From Dehalococcoidia bacterium (lineage in GTDB: Bacteria > Chloroflexota > Dehalococcoidia > UBA2979): DNA of 64,000 nucleotides. The stretch spans positions 864,001 through 928,000 of the forward strand of contig OZ219871.1 of NCBI GenBank assembly GCA_964291495.2. Direction: 5' to 3'. Under the pieces are notes generated by a model, which saw only the letters and a list, made by a program, of their open reading frames with translations, was not told where the DNA came from and ran no database searches. The translations under genes were made by a program, and so were the position numbers. Below, in pieces: positions 1-9,890 of the stretch (its first letter is position 1; every line of letters begins with the position of its first letter).

Positions 1-162
1 CGGCACGTGCACCACGTCGAGCGCGTCGTCGCCGACGCCGAGGTCGCGAGCAGTCGCGAGCGCCCCGCGCAGCAACGGCTCCGTCACGATCTCGTTGAAG
101 CGCGAGACCACGACCGCGAGGCGCAGATCCGACCCGTCGAGACCGCCCTCGTAGCCGGCCAC
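1..162 (-). CDS. ribH: 6,7-dimethyl-8-ribityllumazine synthase (5' part, truncated by window edge)
   Basis: Not in ORF track; manual translation from GTG at 162 gives [34 protein letters not shown]...VVHVP, the typical RibH N-terminus; follows ribBA. Confidence 0.93.
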   Translation of the reverse strand, partial: MAGYEGGLDGSDLRLAVVVSRFNEIVTEPLLRGALATARDLGVGDDALDVVHVP

Positions 163-163
163 G

Positions 164-1435
164 CTAGGCCAGGTCTTCCGATTCGAGCATGTGGCCCATC
201 TTCTCGCGCTTCGTGCGCAGGTACGCCTCGTTGTGCGCGTTCGGCTCGACCTCGATCGGTACGCGCTCCACGATTTCGAGGCCGAAGCCCTCGAGGCCGG
301 AGCGCTTCGTCGGGTTGTTCGTCATCAGCCGCAGCTTGCGCACGCCGAGATCGACGAGGATCTGCATGCCGATGCCGTACTCGCGCCGGTCGGCGGGCAG
401 GCCGAGCGCCTCGTTCGCCTCGACGGTGTCGAGGCCGGTGTCCTGGAGGCGGTAGGCGCGGATCTTGTTGTGCAGGCCGATCCCGCGGCCCTCCTGATCC
501 ATGTAGACGATCACCCCGCGGCCGGCCTCGGCGACGCGGCGGATCGCCTCCTCGAGCTGCTCGCCGCAGTCGCAGCGCAACGAGCCGAAGACGTCGCCGG
601 TCACGCACTGGTCATGCACGCGCGCGAGGACGGGAGCCTCTGTGTCTACGTTGCCCATGACGAAGGCCTGGTGCTCCTTCGCGTCGATCAGCGTGCGGTA
701 AGTGACGGCGCGGAACTCGCCGTAGGCCGTCGGCAGCGCCGACTCGGCGACGCGCTCGATCAGCGAGTCCATGCGCAGGCGGTAGGCGATCAGGTCGTTG
801 ACGGTGACGATGCTCATGTCGTGCGCGCGCCCGAACTCGATCAGGTCCGGCATGCGCGCCATCGTGCCGTCCTCGCGCATGATTTCGCAGATCACGGCTG
901 CCGGGTAACGGCCCGCCAGCTTCGCGAGGTCGACCGACGCCTCGGTTTGACCCGCCCGCACCAGCACGCCGCCCTCGCGCGCTCGTAGCGGGAACATGTG
1001 GCCCGGCTGCGTTAGATCCTCGGGACCCGACTCGGGGTCCACGAGCACCTCGACCGTGCGGGCGCGGTCGCCGGCGGAGATGCCCGTCGTCACGCCCTCG
1101 GCTGCCTCGACGCTGACGGTGAAGGCCGTGCTCAGCGGGGCGGTGTTGCGGGAGGTCATCAGCGGCAGCCCGAGCCTGTCGAGGCGCTCGCCGGTCATCG
1201 CGACGCAGATCAGGCCACGCGCATGCACGGCCATGAAGTTGATCAGGTCGGGCGTGACCACGTCGGCCGGGAAGCAGACGTCGCCCTCGTTCTCGCGGCC
1301 TTCGTCGTCGACGATGATCAGCGGCTTGCCCCGGCGGAACTCATCGATCGCGGCGCTGACCTCGATCACGAGGCTGGAGTCGATGGTGCTGGCGCGCGAG
1401 GGCTCGCCCTCGCGGGTCGCCCGTTGCTCGGACAT
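164..1435 (-). CDS. ribBA: bifunctional DHBP synthase / GTP cyclohydrolase II
   Basis: [40 protein letters not shown] motifs; start at MSEQRAT approximate. Confidence 0.96.
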   Translation of the reverse strand: MSEQRATREGEPSRASTIDSSLVIEVSAAIDEFRRGKPLIIVDDEGRENEGDVCFPADVVTPDLINFMAVHARGLICVAMTGERLDRLGLPLMTSRNTAPLSTAFTVSVEAAEGVTTGISAGDRARTVEVLVDPESGPEDLTQPGHMFPLRAREGGVLVRAGQTEASVDLAKLAGRYPAAVICEIMREDGTMARMPDLIEFGRAHDMSIVTVNDLIAYRLRMDSLIERVAESALPTAYGEFRAVTYRTLIDAKEHQAFVMGNVDTEAPVLARVHDQCVTGDVFGSLRCDCGEQLEEAIRRVAEAGRGVIVYMDQEGRGIGLHNKIRAYRLQDTGLDTVEANEALGLPADRREYGIGMQILVDLGVRKLRLMTNNPTKRSGLEGFGLEIVERVPIEVEPNAHNEAYLRTKREKMGHMLESEDLA

Positions 1436-1466
1436 CAGGCCCCCGCATTTGCCTGCATCGCCCGGA

Positions 1467-2057
1467 TCAGGTCCCTTGCGAGCGCGCTTCCAGCAGCTGC
1501 TCGACGTACCGGGCCAGCAGGTCAGTCTCGAGGTTGATGCTATCACCGGGCTGGCGGCTCGTCAGGTTCGTGTGCTCCTGCGTGTACTGCACGAGCGAGA
1601 CGGAGAACGACTCCTCGTCGCGCGCCATCACCGTAAGCGAGGCGCCATCGAGGCAGACCGGCCCCTTCATCAGGATGTACGGCAGGTACTCCGCGGGCGG
1701 CCGGTAGCGGGCGATGATCGCCTCGCCGTCGGGCGTCAGGCTGTCCAGCGTGCAGGTCGTCTCCACCACGCCGCGCACGATGTGCCCGGAGAGCCGGTCC
1801 ACCGGCCGCACCGAGCGCTCGAGGTTCACGCGCGCCCCGGGCCCGGCCTCGCCGAGGTTGGAACGCCGGAATGTCTCCGGCATCACGTCGAATGTCAGCG
1901 AATCCTCGCCGATCGTCCGCACGGTGAGGTCGACGCCGTTGACGGCGATCGAGTCGCCGAGCGCGACATCCTCGAGGATCGTGCGACAGGCGATGACCAG
2001 CTCGCCGCCCTCGCGCGAGCGGACCTCCCCGACTTCCTCGACGATTCCGGTGAACAT
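1467..2057 (-). CDS. ribE: riboflavin synthase (alpha chain)
   Basis: Starts MFTGIVEE; GDSIAVNGVDLTV, VNLER, INLETD. Confidence 0.96.
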   Translation of the reverse strand: MFTGIVEEVGEVRSREGGELVIACRTILEDVALGDSIAVNGVDLTVRTIGEDSLTFDVMPETFRRSNLGEAGPGARVNLERSVRPVDRLSGHIVRGVVETTCTLDSLTPDGEAIIARYRPPAEYLPYILMKGPVCLDGASLTVMARDEESFSVSLVQYTQEHTNLTSRQPGDSINLETDLLARYVEQLLEARSQGT

Positions 2058-2089
2058 TGGCTGGGCCCCGTTCCGCCCGGAAAAGCGTA

Positions 2090-3196
2090 CTACCCGTCGG
2101 GCCAAGCGGGCAGGCCGCTGATCAGCGTGTCCTCGCCCAGCCGCGTGACGGTGACCTCGCGCAGCCGTGGGGCCTGCGCCATCCGCTCCACGCCGCGGCC
2201 GGCGACTGCGGCTGGCGCGGCGTCTGCGCCGATCACGAGCGGCGCAATCACCGCCTGCACGCGATCGACGAGGCGTGCGTCGAAGAGCGAGCCGAGCAGG
2301 ACGCCGCCGCCCTCGAACAGCACCGTGAGCGCGCCGCGATCGCCGAGCGCGCGGATCAGCGCGCCGAGGTCCACGTGGCCATCGGCCTCGGGCAGCACCA
2401 GCACCTCCGCGCCCCGGCCGGTCATGCGCGCGCGCCAGTCCTCGGGCGAGGCGGCGGTCGTCGCGATCAGCGTCGGCGAGTCGCCGGCGAGCACGCGCGC
2501 CGCCTCAGGCGTGCGCCCGCGCGAGTCGGCGACGACGCGCAGCGGCTGGTGTGCGCCCTCGGTGCTGCCGCCCGGCCGGGCGGTCAGCTCCGGATCGTCG
2601 ACGACGACCGTGCCGGAGCCGACGACGATCGCATCGAGGCCCTGGCGCTGCTCGTGCGCCCACTCAAGCGTCCGCGGACCGGAGACCCAGCGTGAGTCTC
2701 CCGATGAGGCGGCGATGCGCCCGTCGAGGGAGGCTGCGTACTTGACGATCACGAACGGGCGGCCCGTGCGCCGCTGGTGCAGGTAGCCCTCCAGCTGCGC
2801 GGCCACCTCGGCGGCGCCGTCGCCTTCATCGACGGCGATGCCGGCGGCCTCGAGGGCGCGCCGGCCTGCGCCGTTTACGTTCGGGTCCGGGTCGCCGATC
2901 GCGTAACGGACGGCAGCGACGCCGGCCTCGATCAGCGCCGAGGTGCAGGGCCCCGTGCGTCCCGTGTGCGCGCAGGGCTCGAGCGTGACGAAGACGGTGG
3001 CGCCGCGCGCCTGGTCGCCGGCCTCCCGCAGCGCGCCGACCTCGGCGTGGTCGCCGCCCGGCGGCTGCGTGCGGCCCGCGCCCACGACCTCGCCGTCGCG
3101 CACGACGACGGCGCCGACGGCAGGGTTGGGCGAACTCCAGCCGAGGGCGCGACGGCCCTCCGCGAGGGCGAGCTGCATCTGCTCCGAGATCGCCAC
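2090..3196 (-). CDS. ribD: riboflavin biosynthesis deaminase/reductase
   Basis: SPNPAVG, HAE, TLEPCAH...PC, KYAASLDG, EGGG motifs. Confidence 0.96.
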   Translation of the reverse strand: MAISEQMQLALAEGRRALGWSSPNPAVGAVVVRDGEVVGAGRTQPPGGDHAEVGALREAGDQARGATVFVTLEPCAHTGRTGPCTSALIEAGVAAVRYAIGDPDPNVNGAGRRALEAAGIAVDEGDGAAEVAAQLEGYLHQRRTGRPFVIVKYAASLDGRIAASSGDSRWVSGPRTLEWAHEQRQGLDAIVVGSGTVVVDDPELTARPGGSTEGAHQPLRVVADSRGRTPEAARVLAGDSPTLIATTAASPEDWRARMTGRGAEVLVLPEADGHVDLGALIRALGDRGALTVLFEGGGVLLGSLFDARLVDRVQAVIAPLVIGADAAPAAVAGRGVERMAQAPRLREVTVTRLGEDTLISGLPAWPDG

Positions 3197-3255
3197 GGCG
3201 GCGCCTCGCCTTCGGGTCTGAGCGCTTGGGCGCAGATGGTACCGCGCCCGCGCCC

Positions 3256-4047
3256 CTACTCGATGGCGAAGACGATGTGCACCGTGACCGAGACCTGGCT
3301 CTCGCCGGGCGAGATCGGCGTCGAGGTGTCGGCGGCGAAGGCCGCCTCGGCCCTCAACACGCCCTGCCGCGCGAAGCCTCCGGACGACTCGGAGATCGAG
3401 ATCGCGCTGCCGAGCGTCACGCCCGCGAGGTCCGCGAGTTGCTGCGCCCTCTCGCGCGCGTCCTCGACGGCCAGCTTCCGCGCCTCGTCGGCGTACTGCT
3501 CCGGCTCGTCGACGCGGAAGGAGATGCCGCCGACGCGGATCGCGTCGCCGCCGGCCGTCACGGCGTCGTCGAGGATGTCCGAGAGCCGGTCGATGTCGCG
3601 GACCTTGACCTCGATCCAGTTGTTCACCGTGTAGCCGATGATCTCGGGCGGGCCTTCCTCGCTGCTGTAGTCGTACTGCGGGTAGATGTTGAAGGAGCGT
3701 GTCGTGATGTCCCGCTCCTCCACGCCGCTGGCGGTCACTGCGTCCCGCATCCGCTGCATCGCCTCCGCCGCGCCGGCGCGGGCGAGGGCCACCGTCTCCT
3801 CGGTCACCTCGACGCCGACGTCGAAGACGCCGATGTCGGGGGTGACGGTGACGCTGCCGGTCCCGTCGACCGAGATGCCGCCGTCCTCTTCGGACGCGAC
3901 CTGCTCGAGGACTGCCTCGACCGCCGCGGCGGCCGCGCTTCCGTCATCCGCCGGCGCCGGCTCGACCGTGACGTCGTAGCAGGCGGCCGACGCGAGGGTC
4001 AGCAATGCGAGGGCCGCGAGGCCCAGGATCGTGATCGTTCGTCTCAT
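3256..4047 (-). CDS. SIMPL (DUF541) domain lipoprotein
   Basis: Signal peptide ending LASAAC; ISVDGTGSVTVTPD, AVEDARERAQQLADLAG, ISPGESQVSVTV. Confidence 0.9.
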   Translation of the reverse strand: MRRTITILGLAALALLTLASAACYDVTVEPAPADDGSAAAAAVEAVLEQVASEEDGGISVDGTGSVTVTPDIGVFDVGVEVTEETVALARAGAAEAMQRMRDAVTASGVEERDITTRSFNIYPQYDYSSEEGPPEIIGYTVNNWIEVKVRDIDRLSDILDDAVTAGGDAIRVGGISFRVDEPEQYADEARKLAVEDARERAQQLADLAGVTLGSAISISESSGGFARQGVLRAEAAFAADTSTPISPGESQVSVTVHIVFAIE

Positions 4048-4094
4048 GCTCGCTCCTCCTCGCTCAGACGGTCATCGCGGAACACATCCGGTAG

Positions 4095-4120
4095 TACGCC
4101 GGAGCGCGCCGCCCGGTTCC
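4095..4120 (-). promoter_or_regulatory. putative ECF sigma promoter GGAAC-N17-CGTA upstream of SIMPL gene
   Basis: Minus strand reads GGAACC gggcggcgcgctccgg CGTA, directly downstream of the ECF/anti-sigma pair. Confidence 0.65.
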
Positions 4121-4124
4121 ATCG

Positions 4125-5201
4125 TCATGCCCTGCCGCCTCGCCGCCTCCACAGCCCGAGCAGCAGCGTGAGCCCGACGAGGGCGAGCGCGACCACCAGC
4201 AGCCCCTGCTCGGCGCGCCGCAGCGCTCGCGCGGCGTCCCTGTCCTGAGCCTCGACCTGCGGCGGCTGTTCGACAATCGGTGGCGCCGAGGTGGCCACGG
4301 GGGCGGGGGTGGCCTCCGCGGGCGCGGCCGGAGCCGCCGCTTCGGCGCTGTCGGCATCGTCTGCCTGCTCGGCTGCCTCGGCAGCCGCGGGAGTGGCATC
4401 CGCCGCTTCTTCGGCGCTCGTCTCGGACGCCCCGGAGGCGGGCTCCGGCGTCGTGTCGGCTGCGGGCGCCTCGGCGGCTTCGTCCGACTCCACGCCGCGC
4501 GCTGCCGTGCGAGTCTCCCTCGTCACGGTCGGCAAGGCGGGGGCGTCGCGCGCCGGGGCGGCCGCCGTTGCCTCGGCGGTCGCCGCTGTGAGCGCCGCAA
4601 CGGTGGGTTGAGGCGTGGGGGTCGCCTCGGCGGCCTCCGCCGCAGCCGTCGGCTGCGTGGTTGGGGCGGCCGCGGCGGCCTGGGTCGCCGCGGGTGTTGC
4701 CGGGGCGGCGGTCACCTCCGCGCGCGCGGCCGCCGGCGCGGCCTGCGGCGCGTCGCTCGCTTGCTCGCTCGCTCCGCCGCCGAAGCTCGGGCGGGTGATC
4801 CCCCAGCCCTCGACGCCCTCGCCGCCGAGGCCCGCGACGTCGCTCGTGAACACGATCGCGAAGGCGACCGCGGCCGCGACGGCGCCCATGCGGAAGACCA
4901 GCTCCAGTCTGCCCGGCGCGCGGCGCGCGCCCGTGGGCGGCGCCTCGAGGATGAACGGGCGCGGGGCGCGCAGCTCGCCCAGCGATCCGAGCGCGTCGCG
5001 AACCGCCGCGAGCTCGCCGAGACGGACCTCGAGCGCCGGATCGGCGGCCAGGGCCTCCTCGACGACCGCGGCCTCGTGCTCGTCGAGCTCACCGTCAAGG
5101 TGGGCGGAGAGCTGCTCGTCCCAGACCGAGGACACGTCGAGGAGCTCGGGGTACTCCTCGTCCCCGGCATCGCCACGGCGTCGCCAACCCCAGAGGCGCA
5201 T
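4125..5201 (-). CDS. anti-sigma factor-like membrane protein
   Basis: EQLSAHLDGELD anti-sigma N-domain, TM helix, long Ala/Thr/Pro-rich linker, second C-terminal TM; follows ECF sigma. Confidence 0.75.
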   Translation of the reverse strand: MRLWGWRRRGDAGDEEYPELLDVSSVWDEQLSAHLDGELDEHEAAVVEEALAADPALEVRLGELAAVRDALGSLGELRAPRPFILEAPPTGARRAPGRLELVFRMGAVAAAVAFAIVFTSDVAGLGGEGVEGWGITRPSFGGGASEQASDAPQAAPAAARAEVTAAPATPAATQAAAAAPTTQPTAAAEAAEATPTPQPTVAALTAATAEATAAAPARDAPALPTVTRETRTAARGVESDEAAEAPAADTTPEPASGASETSAEEAADATPAAAEAAEQADDADSAEAAAPAAPAEATPAPVATSAPPIVEQPPQVEAQDRDAARALRRAEQGLLVVALALVGLTLLLGLWRRRGGRA

Positions 5202-5212
5202 CACTCCACCTC

Positions 5213-5875
5213 TCATCTCTTCCGACGCTGCGCGAGCCCGGGAAGTTCCCCGGACTCGATCAGCAGCTGGCGCAAACGCGCCCGCGCGCGGCTCAGCCGC
5301 GACTTCACGGTGCCGAGCGGCGCGTCCACGGCATCGGCGACCTCCTCGTAGGACATGCCGTGCACGTCCGAGAGCAGCACCACCATCCGCCACTCCTCGG
5401 GCAGCTCGGCGAGCGCACGCTCCAGCACCCCTCGCAACTCCGTCTGCTCCGCCCGCTCCTGCGGTCCCAGGCCCGGCTCGACCGGATCGATCGAGGCCAT
5501 GTCCGGGTCGTCCCACGTCTCGTCGAGCGAGCGTTGCGGGCGGCGCTTGCGCCGTCGCAGCTCGTCGCGCGCCGCGTTGGCGACGATGCGCAGGAGCCAC
5601 GAGCGGAAGCGATCGCCCCGGAAGGTGTCGATGGCGCGCCAGGCGCGGACGAACGCCTCCTGCGTTACGTCCTCGGCCGCCTCGCGGGAGCGCAGGAAGC
5701 GCATGGCGAGCGAGTAGGCGGCGTTCTGGTGGCGGATCACCAGCGTGTTGAAGGCCGCGATCTCGCCGCCCTGCGCCCGCTGGACGAGGTCCGCAACGCC
5801 GTCGGCCGCATCGTGTCGTTGAGCCGCCAAGGGTCGGTTCGTGTTCGCTCCATCCCGCCTCGGCGAGCCTAGCAC
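5213..5875 (-). CDS. ECF family RNA polymerase sigma factor
   Basis: AEDVTQEAF, FRSWLLRI, GMSYEEVA...GTVKSRLSRAR; start uncertain. Confidence 0.93.
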   Translation of the reverse strand: MLGSPRRDGANTNRPLAAQRHDAADGVADLVQRAQGGEIAAFNTLVIRHQNAAYSLAMRFLRSREAAEDVTQEAFVRAWRAIDTFRGDRFRSWLLRIVANAARDELRRRKRRPQRSLDETWDDPDMASIDPVEPGLGPQERAEQTELRGVLERALAELPEEWRMVVLLSDVHGMSYEEVADAVDAPLGTVKSRLSRARARLRQLLIESGELPGLAQRRKR

Positions 5876-5973
5876 GCGCCGATCACAGTGGCCCCGTTGC
5901 GCGGCGCTGTCAGGCCACGTTGCGCCGGTTGGTGGTGGCAGTCAGCGCGAGCGGGAGGGAAGCTGCCGCGCAA

Positions 5974-6201
5974 TCAGCTCGTGGTAGGCGCAGGTGCAGG
6001 GTCGGGAGACTCGGTGAGGAGTGCGCGCACGGCGGGGACCAGTTCGTTCGGAATCACCATCGCGGTGTGAGTTGTATCCTCGAACACCGCTTCGATCTCG
6101 GCCGCCAACTCGTCGTCGGTCCGCGACTCGTAGTGCTCGATGACGTCGCGGACGCGCGCCTCGTCCCAGCCGGGCGGCAACCCGTTCGCTTCGTCGCTCA
6201 T
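5974..6201 (-). CDS. small acidic protein, putative antitoxin partner of DUF4258 protein
   Basis: 75 aa with LPPGWDEARVR..HYE; TGATG coupling to upstream gene. Confidence 0.6.
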   Translation of the reverse strand: MSDEANGLPPGWDEARVRDVIEHYESRTDDELAAEIEAVFEDTTHTAMVIPNELVPAVRALLTESPDPAPAPTTS

Positions 6202-6482
6202 CAGTTTCTCCTTCGCCTCCGTCGCCGGAACGCCGCGAGGGCGTTGCCGGACAGTTCGTAGGCGGTGACGACAAATGCGCTGCCCGGCTCCGGGTCGCGT
6301 ACATACACTACCAGAAGGTACCGCCCTCCGAGCGTCTGTCCGATCGCGAGGCGGGAGTTGCGCCGACCCGGCAGGTCCTCCGCGGGGGAGGCCATGACCT
6401 CCTCCACCTCGCGCTCGTGCACGTCATGCCGATGGATGTGGGCATCGCCCGTGTGGGGGTCCGTGTAGAAGCGCAGGTCCAT
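6201..6482 (-). CDS. DUF4258/BrnT-like putative RNase toxin
   Basis: MDLRFY..HIHRHDV..EVEEV...AIGQT.GGRYLLVVY...FVVTAY pattern. Confidence 0.7.
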   Translation of the reverse strand: MDLRFYTDPHTGDAHIHRHDVHEREVEEVMASPAEDLPGRRNSRLAIGQTLGGRYLLVVYVRDPEPGSAFVVTAYELSGNALAAFRRRRRRRN

Positions 6483-6600
6483 ATCCGCGAGCACCACCTT
6501 GCTCTGTCGCTCCATGGGATTCGTACCGGGAGCTCGCCTTCCGGGCAACGGACCGGCCCCCGCAACACCGCGCAGCGCCAATCCGTGTGAAGATCGGCGC

Positions 6601-7431
6601 ATGACGCTTGCCGGGGGCCGCGAGTTGCTGGCCGATGCGGAGCGGGGCGGCTACGCCGTACCCGGCTTCAACGTCTCCAACCTCGAGCTCGCGCTCGGCG
6701 TGCTCGACGCCGCCGAGGCGCGCCGCTCGCCGGTGCTGCTGCAGTTCAATCCCGGCAACCTCGACCACTTCGGCGGCATCGCCGTCGCCGCGGCGACAGC
6801 CCGCACGCTTGCCGAGCGCGCGCGCGTGCCGGTCGCCGTGCACCTCGACCACGGCCACGATCTCGAGCTGCTGCGCGCCGCCGCCCGCGCCGGCTTCAGT
6901 TCGCTGATGTACGACGGCTCGATCAAGCCGCTGGACCTCAACATCCGGGAGACGCTCGAGGCCGCCGCGGTCGCGCTCGAGCACGGCGTCGCCCTCGAGG
7001 CCGAGCTCGGGCACGTCGGCGGGCGCGAGCCCGGCGTCGTCACCTCGGAGTCCGTGCTCACCGACCCGGCGGCCGCCCGACGCTTCGTCGAGGAGACACA
7101 GGTCGACGCGCTGGCCGTCTCGGTCGGCACGGCGCACGGCCTCGCGGGCAACGTCGACCTGGCGCTGCTGCGCGAGCTGCGCGCGGCGGTGCGCGGGCTG
7201 CCGCTGGTGCTGCACGGCGGCTCGGGCGTGCCGCCAAGGCAGCTGCGCGACTGCGTGCGCGCGGGCATCCGCAAGCTCAACGTCAGCAGCGAGATCCACG
7301 CCGCCTTCGCCCGCGCCATCGCCGGCGCGGGCGACCGTGATCCGCGACCGGCCCTGCTGGAGGCGCGCGCCGCCGTCGCAGCCGTGGCGGGGGAGCGGAT
7401 GGACGCCCTCGGCTCCGCGTTGCGCGCCTGA
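6601..7431 (+). CDS. class II fructose/tagatose-bisphosphate aldolase
   Basis: YAVPGFN, HLDHG, MYDGS, EAELG, GTAHG, VLHGGSG, KLNV. Confidence 0.92.
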   Translation: MTLAGGRELLADAERGGYAVPGFNVSNLELALGVLDAAEARRSPVLLQFNPGNLDHFGGIAVAAATARTLAERARVPVAVHLDHGHDLELLRAAARAGFSSLMYDGSIKPLDLNIRETLEAAAVALEHGVALEAELGHVGGREPGVVTSESVLTDPAAARRFVEETQVDALAVSVGTAHGLAGNVDLALLRELRAAVRGLPLVLHGGSGVPPRQLRDCVRAGIRKLNVSSEIHAAFARAIAGAGDRDPRPALLEARAAVAAVAGERMDALGSALRA

Positions 7432-7495
7432 GCGGCCTTCGAGGACTGCGCCTGTCCGGGGGTTCCGTACAGGGCGCGTAGGTATACTCGATGCG

Positions 7496-8311
7496 ATGGT
7501 GAATCAGCCGCCGGCGGACCCGGGCAGGCCTCCCCAGCACCTCGATCCGCGCGAGCCGGCAGGCGCGCGGCCGCCCGTCCGCGCACTCAGCTTCGCGCAC
7601 GCGCCCAGCCACGGCGGCCTCGCGGAGCGCGACCCTTGGGGCGCCCCGATCGAGCCACCGCTCCCGGTCCCGGACGAGCGCACCACGCTGCAACGGATCT
7701 GGCCGTTCGGACTGCGCGGCGTGAGCGAAACGCTCGAGGTGGTCGCGCTCGCCCTGCTGATGTTCATCGTCGTGCGCGGCGTCGCCCAGAACTTCATCGT
7801 CGACGGCGGCTCGATGGAGCCGAACTTCCGGCACGCCGACATGGTCGTCGTCAACAAGCTCGCCTACCGCACCTTCGACTTCTCCTGGCTGCCGCTGGTG
7901 GAGGAAGACGCCTGGCAGCCCTTCGGCGCGATCGAGCAGGGCGACGTCGTCGTCTTCGCCTTTCCGCTGGGCCAGGACCGCGACTTCATCAAGCGCGTGG
8001 TCGCGCTGCCCGGACAGACCGTCGAGGTACGCGACGGGAACGTAATGGTGGACGGCGTCGCGCTGGACGAGCCTTACCTGCTGCACGCTCCGAGCTACGC
8101 GTTCGGCCCGCAGACAGTCCCCATCGGCCACGTCTTCGTCCTCGGCGACGCGCGCAACAACTCCTACGACTCGCACTCCTGGGGGATGCTCTACCAGGGC
8201 CTGATCATCGGCCGCGCCGAGCTGCGCTACTGGCCGCTCGACCGCTTCGGCATCGTCGGCCACGAGGAGCCGGGCACGCAGAGCGGCGTCGAGGTCAGCC
8301 AGTCCCGGTGA
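7496..8311 (+). CDS. lepB: signal peptidase I
   Basis: TM helix then GGSMEPN (Ser), FIKRV (Lys), VLGD..NSYDS. Confidence 0.93.
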   Translation: MVNQPPADPGRPPQHLDPREPAGARPPVRALSFAHAPSHGGLAERDPWGAPIEPPLPVPDERTTLQRIWPFGLRGVSETLEVVALALLMFIVVRGVAQNFIVDGGSMEPNFRHADMVVVNKLAYRTFDFSWLPLVEEDAWQPFGAIEQGDVVVFAFPLGQDRDFIKRVVALPGQTVEVRDGNVMVDGVALDEPYLLHAPSYAFGPQTVPIGHVFVLGDARNNSYDSHSWGMLYQGLIIGRAELRYWPLDRFGIVGHEEPGTQSGVEVSQSR

Positions 8312-8886
8312 CGCGCGACGAGGCGGCCGACCCCGCGGTGATCGCCGCCTTCGAGGAGAGCGGCGCCTTCCTCGACGGCCATTTCCAGCTCGCCTCGGGC
8401 CGCCACGCCGCCCGCTACGTCGAGAAGTTCAACCTCCTGCAATGGCCGGACCGCACGGCCGAGATCTGCGCCCGGCTCGCCGAGGCGGCGCGCGGCCTGG
8501 CGCCGCAGACCGTGGCCGGCCCGACCACCGGCGGGGTGATCCTCGCCTACGAGATGGCCCGGCAGCTGGGCGTGCGCGGGATCATCGCCGAGCGCCGTCC
8601 GGACGGGCCCGGCCGGGCGATCCAGCGCGACTTCCGACTCAACCCCGGCGAGCGCGTGCTGATCGCCGACGACGTGGTGACCAGCGGCGGCTCCGTGCAC
8701 GACACGATCGAGGCCGTGCGCGAGGCCGGCGGCGAGCCCGTCGGCGTGACCGTGCTCGTCGACCGCTCGGCCGGGCGCGCCGACTTCGGCCTGCCCTTCT
8801 TCGCCGCCGCCACGCTCGACATCGAGAGCTGGGAGCCCCCCGACTGCCCGCTCTGTCCCGAGGGCGTCCCGCTCACGATCACGTAG
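8308..8886 (+). CDS. pyrE: orotate phosphoribosyltransferase
   Basis: GHFQLASGRH, VLIADDVVTSGGSV PRPP motif; GTG overlaps lepB stop. Confidence 0.92.
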   Translation: MTRDEAADPAVIAAFEESGAFLDGHFQLASGRHAARYVEKFNLLQWPDRTAEICARLAEAARGLAPQTVAGPTTGGVILAYEMARQLGVRGIIAERRPDGPGRAIQRDFRLNPGERVLIADDVVTSGGSVHDTIEAVREAGGEPVGVTVLVDRSAGRADFGLPFFAAATLDIESWEPPDCPLCPEGVPLTIT

Positions 8887-8941
8887 TCCGCGTCTGCCCG
8901 CCACGCCTGCTAGAGTGCCGCTCGCGAGGACGGAGGCGGCG

Positions 8942-9865
8942 GTGCGATTCAGCGTCCAGACCGGGCAGCAAAACATCGAGTGGGGCGAGCTCTCCGAGAC
9001 GTGGCAGCGCCTCGAGGCGCTCGGCTACGACGGCGCCTGGACGATCGACCACTTCCTGCCGACCGGCACGCGGGACACCGAGGGGCCGTGCATGGACGGC
9101 TGGGTGGTGCTCGCCGCGCTGGCGGCGGAGACGGAGCGGCTGCGCTTCGGCACCCTCGTGACGGGCAACCTCTTCCGCAACCCTGCGCTGCTCGCCAAGA
9201 CCGCGACGACGATCGACCAGATCTCGGGCGGGCGGCTGGAGTTCGGCATCGGCGCGGGCAACAACCCGCTCGAGCACGCCGCCTACGGCTGGCCGTTCCC
9301 CTCGGCGCGCGAACGCCTCGAGCGGCTCGACGAGGCGCTGCACGTGATCCGGCTGCTCTGGTCGGAGGAGGAGGAAGTCTCCTTCGAGGGCGAGTACTAC
9401 AGCCTCAGCCAGGCCCCGTTCCGCCCGCCTCCCATGCAGCGGCCGCACCCGCCGATCCTCGTGGGCGGCGCGGGCGAGCGGCGCACGCTCAACATCGTCG
9501 CGCGCCACGCCGACGCCTGGAACGGCGTCGGGACCGCCGCCGACCTCGCCCCGAAGGTCGCGGTGCTGAGGCAGCACTGCAACGACGTGGGGCGGCGCTT
9601 CGAGGAGATCCGGCTGACCGCGGGCACGCCGCTGATCCCGGACGCGATCTACGAGCGCTGGACGGAGCGCACCGCCGGGCGGCGCGGTATCAGCGTCGAG
9701 GAGCAGCGCGCGCAGACCATCGGCGGCCCGCCCGAGTCGATGCAGGCGGCGGTGCAGGGTTACGTCGACGGCGGCTTCGACGAGGTGATCCTGATGATGA
9801 ACACCCCCTACGACTGGCCCGCAATCGAGCGCTTCGCCTCGGAGGTCGCTCCGGCCTTCCGCTAG
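8942..9865 (+). CDS. LLM-class (probably F420-dependent) oxidoreductase
   Basis: WTIDHF, GTLVTGNLFRNPALLAK, SGGRLEFGIGAG, PPILVGGAGE. Confidence 0.88.
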   Translation: MRFSVQTGQQNIEWGELSETWQRLEALGYDGAWTIDHFLPTGTRDTEGPCMDGWVVLAALAAETERLRFGTLVTGNLFRNPALLAKTATTIDQISGGRLEFGIGAGNNPLEHAAYGWPFPSARERLERLDEALHVIRLLWSEEEEVSFEGEYYSLSQAPFRPPPMQRPHPPILVGGAGERRTLNIVARHADAWNGVGTAADLAPKVAVLRQHCNDVGRRFEEIRLTAGTPLIPDAIYERWTERTAGRRGISVEEQRAQTIGGPPESMQAAVQGYVDGGFDEVILMMNTPYDWPAIERFASEVAPAFR

Positions 9866-9890
9866 CCGGGGCGCGCGGCTCGGCGGAGGC

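Noticed and set aside
3197-3255. FMN riboswitch upstream of ribD
   Set aside because: Gap is only ~60 bp and lacks the AGGGCGGGG/AGTCCG/GAAGG-type elements
4280-4760. Ala/Thr/Pro-rich repetitive DNA (also 15390-15550 and 43010-43150) as arrays or CRISPR
   Set aside because: These are low-complexity coding linkers with no constant repeat-spacer period and no cas genes
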